A stretch of 23,479 nt of DNA from Candidatus Thorarchaeota archaeon. Its GTDB lineage: Archaea > Asgardarchaeota > Heimdallarchaeia > Heimdallarchaeales > Heimdallarchaeaceae. The stretch is taken from positions 1 to 23,479 of the forward strand of contig JBHLQZ010000009.1 of assembly GCA_048883065.1 (NCBI GenBank), written 5' to 3'. Under the pieces are notes generated by a model, which worked only from the letters and a program-made list of their open reading frames with translations, ran no database searches and had not been told where the DNA came from. Positions 21,006 to 23,479 of the stretch are shown here, piece after piece. The stretch's first letter is position 1. Each line of letters starts with the position of its first letter. Both the position numbers and the translations under genes were made by a program.

Positions 21006-22916
21006 TTACACCTTCTTTTTCTTTCGTGGAATTATTGCAGCTTGAGGACATACTCCTACACAAATATTACATGCTGTGCATGTATCTTCTTTTATGACCA
21101 TTTTACCGTCTTTTTTAATGATTGATGGGCATGAAAATTCAATAAAACATGTACCACACATATTGCAAAGCTCTTCATCGATATAAGGTGGTTCTCCTAA
21201 ATCCAAACTATGTCTATAGAGCTCTACTACACACTCACCATTAAAAATCACTACAGAAGGTCCTTCGAAAGCCATTGCTTCCCTAAATATCTTTGTATTT
21301 TCTTTAGTATCCTCAACTCTAATTGATCTCACCCATTCAACTCCTAATCCTCGGACTACTTGTTCAATATCTAGTTGTTTTTGTCCTTTTGCTTTTTTCT
21401 CGTCAGAGCTTGGAGTGGGTTGTCCACCGGTCATAGCAGTAAGAGAATTATTAAGAATCGCCACAGTAATGTTGTGATTATAAAGAACAGCATCAATAAG
21501 TGGAGGAATACCTGCATGAAAGAAAGTTCCATCACCGATTATTGCAACTACTGGTTTATCATTAGTTAATGAGAAACCTATAGCTGTTCCTATACTTGCT
21601 CCCATACATAACCAAAAATCTCCAACATCTACTGGAAACACTTGACCTAAAGCGTAACAACCTATATCAGAAGGGATAATATCAGTTGTTTTAGTTGCTC
21701 TTTTTATCGTATAGAATGCTCCTCTATGACAACAACCGTCACATAATCGTGGAAGTGTTCTTGGGATTAATTGATCTTCTCTTCCAAAAACATGTGCATA
21801 TGGAGATGGCTCTACAGGTTTGACCTTAAACACTTCTTCATTAATTGGATCCGTTGCTATCCTCTTGAAAGCTTCATCCAATACATCAGGTAAAATTCGA
21901 TTTTCTTCAGGAATAGCTAGTTGTTCTTTCCCAAATACTTTCAAATCTAGTTTATATCTACCTATTATGCTTAATACTTCACTTTCTAGATAACTTTCAA
22001 GTTCTTCAACAAAATAGATGTATTTGTATTTTTGAAGAATCTCAACAATTTGCTTTTCGTTTAAAGGATGAATAGCACTTATCTTAAGAATAGGAATATC
22101 TAACTTATTGAGATTTCTCATATATTCTACCATTGGATAAATTGCACCTTGAGTTATAATCAATTTATCAGACAATGATTCATTGTATTTAAGCTCATTA
22201 TATGCTTTAAAATCTTCATCTTCTCTGATTTGATCTAGATTAGCATGTAAACCTTTGTGCAAAACATATCTTGCTGGAATTGCATATTTCACATCTTTGA
22301 AGAAATCTCCCTTTTTTTCTAACTTCTCTTCAACAACTTTCATTCTAACTTCGGAAGTGTTTAATGAATTGAAGCTTGTTAATCGCACTATGAATATAGT
22401 GTTATACTTCTCTGATAACTCATAAGCTTGCACCATTGTATCTTTGATTTCCTGAGAAGTTGAAGGTTCCAAAATAGGTAGATGTGAGAATTTGCCCCAA
22501 AATCTAGAGTCTTGTTCATTTTGACTCGACAAACATCCTGGATCATCAACAACAACTACAACCATTCCTCCCTGAACGCCAAAATATGCTAGAGCCATTA
22601 AAGGATCAGATGCCACATTTAATCCAACATGTTTCATGATTACAGCTGAACGGACACCTGAAAGAGCTGCTGCTCCAGCTATCTCAAGAGCAACTTTTTC
22701 GTTAACAGAAAATTCAAAATAAAGTTGTCCTTTTTGATGTAATTTATACAATTGCATCTGAATTTCAGTACTAGGTGTTCCAGGATAAGCTGCAGTCAGA
22801 CCTACTTTAGCTTCAAGTAAACCTTGAACAACAGCTCTATTACCCATGAGTAATTGAACTACCTCACCTTCTCCTGATGCTCCTCCCTTATCAGTTTTAG
22901 AATCTACTGCTTTCAT
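21006..22916 (-). CDS. iorA: indolepyruvate:ferredoxin oxidoreductase alpha subunit
   Basis: 636-aa ORF. It has an N-terminal pyrimidine-binding domain (LMGNRAVVQGLLEAKV...AYPGTPSTEI), a TPP-binding GDGTFFHAG...LNNSLTAMTGGQ motif, and two C-terminal [4Fe-4S] motifs (CNMCGTCFIEFSCP and CTACNICVGVCPQAAI). Confidence 0.9.
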   Translation of the reverse strand: MKAVDSKTDKGGASGEGEVVQLLMGNRAVVQGLLEAKVGLTAAYPGTPSTEIQMQLYKLHQKGQLYFEFSVNEKVALEIAGAAALSGVRSAVIMKHVGLNVASDPLMALAYFGVQGGMVVVVVDDPGCLSSQNEQDSRFWGKFSHLPILEPSTSQEIKDTMVQAYELSEKYNTIFIVRLTSFNSLNTSEVRMKVVEEKLEKKGDFFKDVKYAIPARYVLHKGLHANLDQIREDEDFKAYNELKYNESLSDKLIITQGAIYPMVEYMRNLNKLDIPILKISAIHPLNEKQIVEILQKYKYIYFVEELESYLESEVLSIIGRYKLDLKVFGKEQLAIPEENRILPDVLDEAFKRIATDPINEEVFKVKPVEPSPYAHVFGREDQLIPRTLPRLCDGCCHRGAFYTIKRATKTTDIIPSDIGCYALGQVFPVDVGDFWLCMGASIGTAIGFSLTNDKPVVAIIGDGTFFHAGIPPLIDAVLYNHNITVAILNNSLTAMTGGQPTPSSDEKKAKGQKQLDIEQVVRGLGVEWVRSIRVEDTKENTKIFREAMAFEGPSVVIFNGECVVELYRHSLDLGEPPYIDEELCNMCGTCFIEFSCPSIIKKDGKMVIKEDTCTACNICVGVCPQAAIIPRKKKKV

Positions 22917-23047
22917 CTAGATGACCATTATAATAGTTATTATAGTTAATATCGTACTAATTATTTTATTAGAGATAACTCTATTTTGAACATGGTATTT
23001 TTAAAACTTTTGTCCGAAAAAATTAACAGATTAATAGTTTTACTCAA

Positions 23048-23479
23048 TTATTTCTTTAATTCTTCAATGATTTCTTTGATATTCCCAATCTTCTTTTCTA
23101 TCTGAGGATTACTTTCAAACTCTTCTAATACAACAAGAGCTTCTTCATAGTATGATAAAGCCCCAATCATATCTCCTCTATCTTTCAGTAATTCTCCTAT
23201 TTGTTGTAGATTCACAAAATGTATTCCATTATGCTTCTGTGTAAATTTTTCTCTATTTACAGATCCTTCTTGAAATTCTTTCAAATAATTAAGATTCTCC
23301 TTTAGAACTTCATCTGTGAACATTACATCATCATGTCCAGACAAGATAATCACAGGTTCTCTCGCTAAATACTCTTCTAATGTCGCAATATATTCAGATA
23401 TGTCCAAAATTCGAATGTAGGGGAGAGGAGTTTCGAGATTGTCTCCAACAAACAACACTTCATCGATATGATCGAAACA
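23048..23479 (-). CDS. C-terminal part of an MBL-fold-like metallohydrolase with a helical (TPR-like) tail; truncated by the window edge
   Basis: The reading frame stays open to nt 23479 (upstream codons read CFDHIDE before VLFVGDNLE), so the GVG-type start at 23458 in the ORF track is probably not the true start. LFVGDNL...VIILSGHDDVMFTDEVLKENLNYL resembles the lFtGDtlf...v.pGHg..tt...e...N segment of glyoxalase-II-type MBL proteins. Confidence 0.5.
   Translation of the reverse strand, partial: CFDHIDEVLFVGDNLETPLPYIRILDISEYIATLEEYLAREPVIILSGHDDVMFTDEVLKENLNYLKEFQEGSVNREKFTQKHNGIHFVNLQQIGELLKDRGDMIGALSYYEEALVVLEEFESNPQIEKKIGNIKEIIEELKK

Noticed and set aside
1-23479. Search by eye for tRNA/rRNA genes, CRISPR repeats, long direct or inverted repeats, transposase or integrase genes, and defence-system hallmarks (nucleases, helicases, methyltransferases).
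   Set aside because: I found none. The intergenic regions are short (mostly under 130 bp, the longest about 210 bp), AT-rich and without cloverleaf-like or repeat-spacer structure. The many TATA-like AT-rich strings are not reported individually because they occur by chance at high frequency in DNA of this composition.

Overview
This is a densely coding, visibly AT-rich window (about one-third G+C by eye, not computed). I call about 30 protein-coding genes. I saw no rRNA, tRNA, CRISPR array, transposase or integrase on either strand.

The gene content looks archaeal: indolepyruvate:ferredoxin oxidoreductase, MinD-type ATPases with inserted ferredoxin modules, an Mth938-like protein, a crenarchaeal/hSSB1-type single-OB SSB, and a DUF47/PhoU-like protein. 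One protein carries a C-terminal PARP-type zinc finger, which is largely a eukaryotic domain. A Lokiarchaeia-like (Asgard) origin is therefore plausible, but this is inference only.

Layout:
- 99-306 (-): two translationally coupled micro-ORFs, one extremely acidic and one extremely basic. They sit divergent to a zf-PARP protein gene (519-1262).
- 1323-4404 (+): an RCK-domain membrane protein, a zinc-ribbon membrane protein, and an alpha-oxoamine synthase that looks like serine palmitoyltransferase.
- 4414-11431 (-): an ATC-hydrolase-like protein, a DUF47/PhoU-like protein, and a tight four-gene ABC importer operon. The operon encodes a substrate-binding protein, a fused ModB/CysTW-like permease, and two non-equivalent ATPases that appear to form one consensus and one degenerate ATP site.
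- 11489-16025 (+): the most system-like region. It encodes a DUF5320-like RG-rich protein, two DUF134 HTH proteins, two NifX-like (Nitro_FeMo-Co domain) proteins, two MinD/ParA ATPases with 2x[4Fe-4S] inserts, and an MBL-fold protein. No nitrogenase genes are present. An 18-bp perfect palindrome lies in front of the core operon.
- 16043-23479: an HPS-like barrel, stomatin, an Mth938-like protein, a GNAT-like protein, SSB, an iorA-iorB-ketopantoate-reductase-like operon, and a truncated MBL-like gene at the right edge.

All family assignments come from motif recognition and remembered family consensus. No database search was run.
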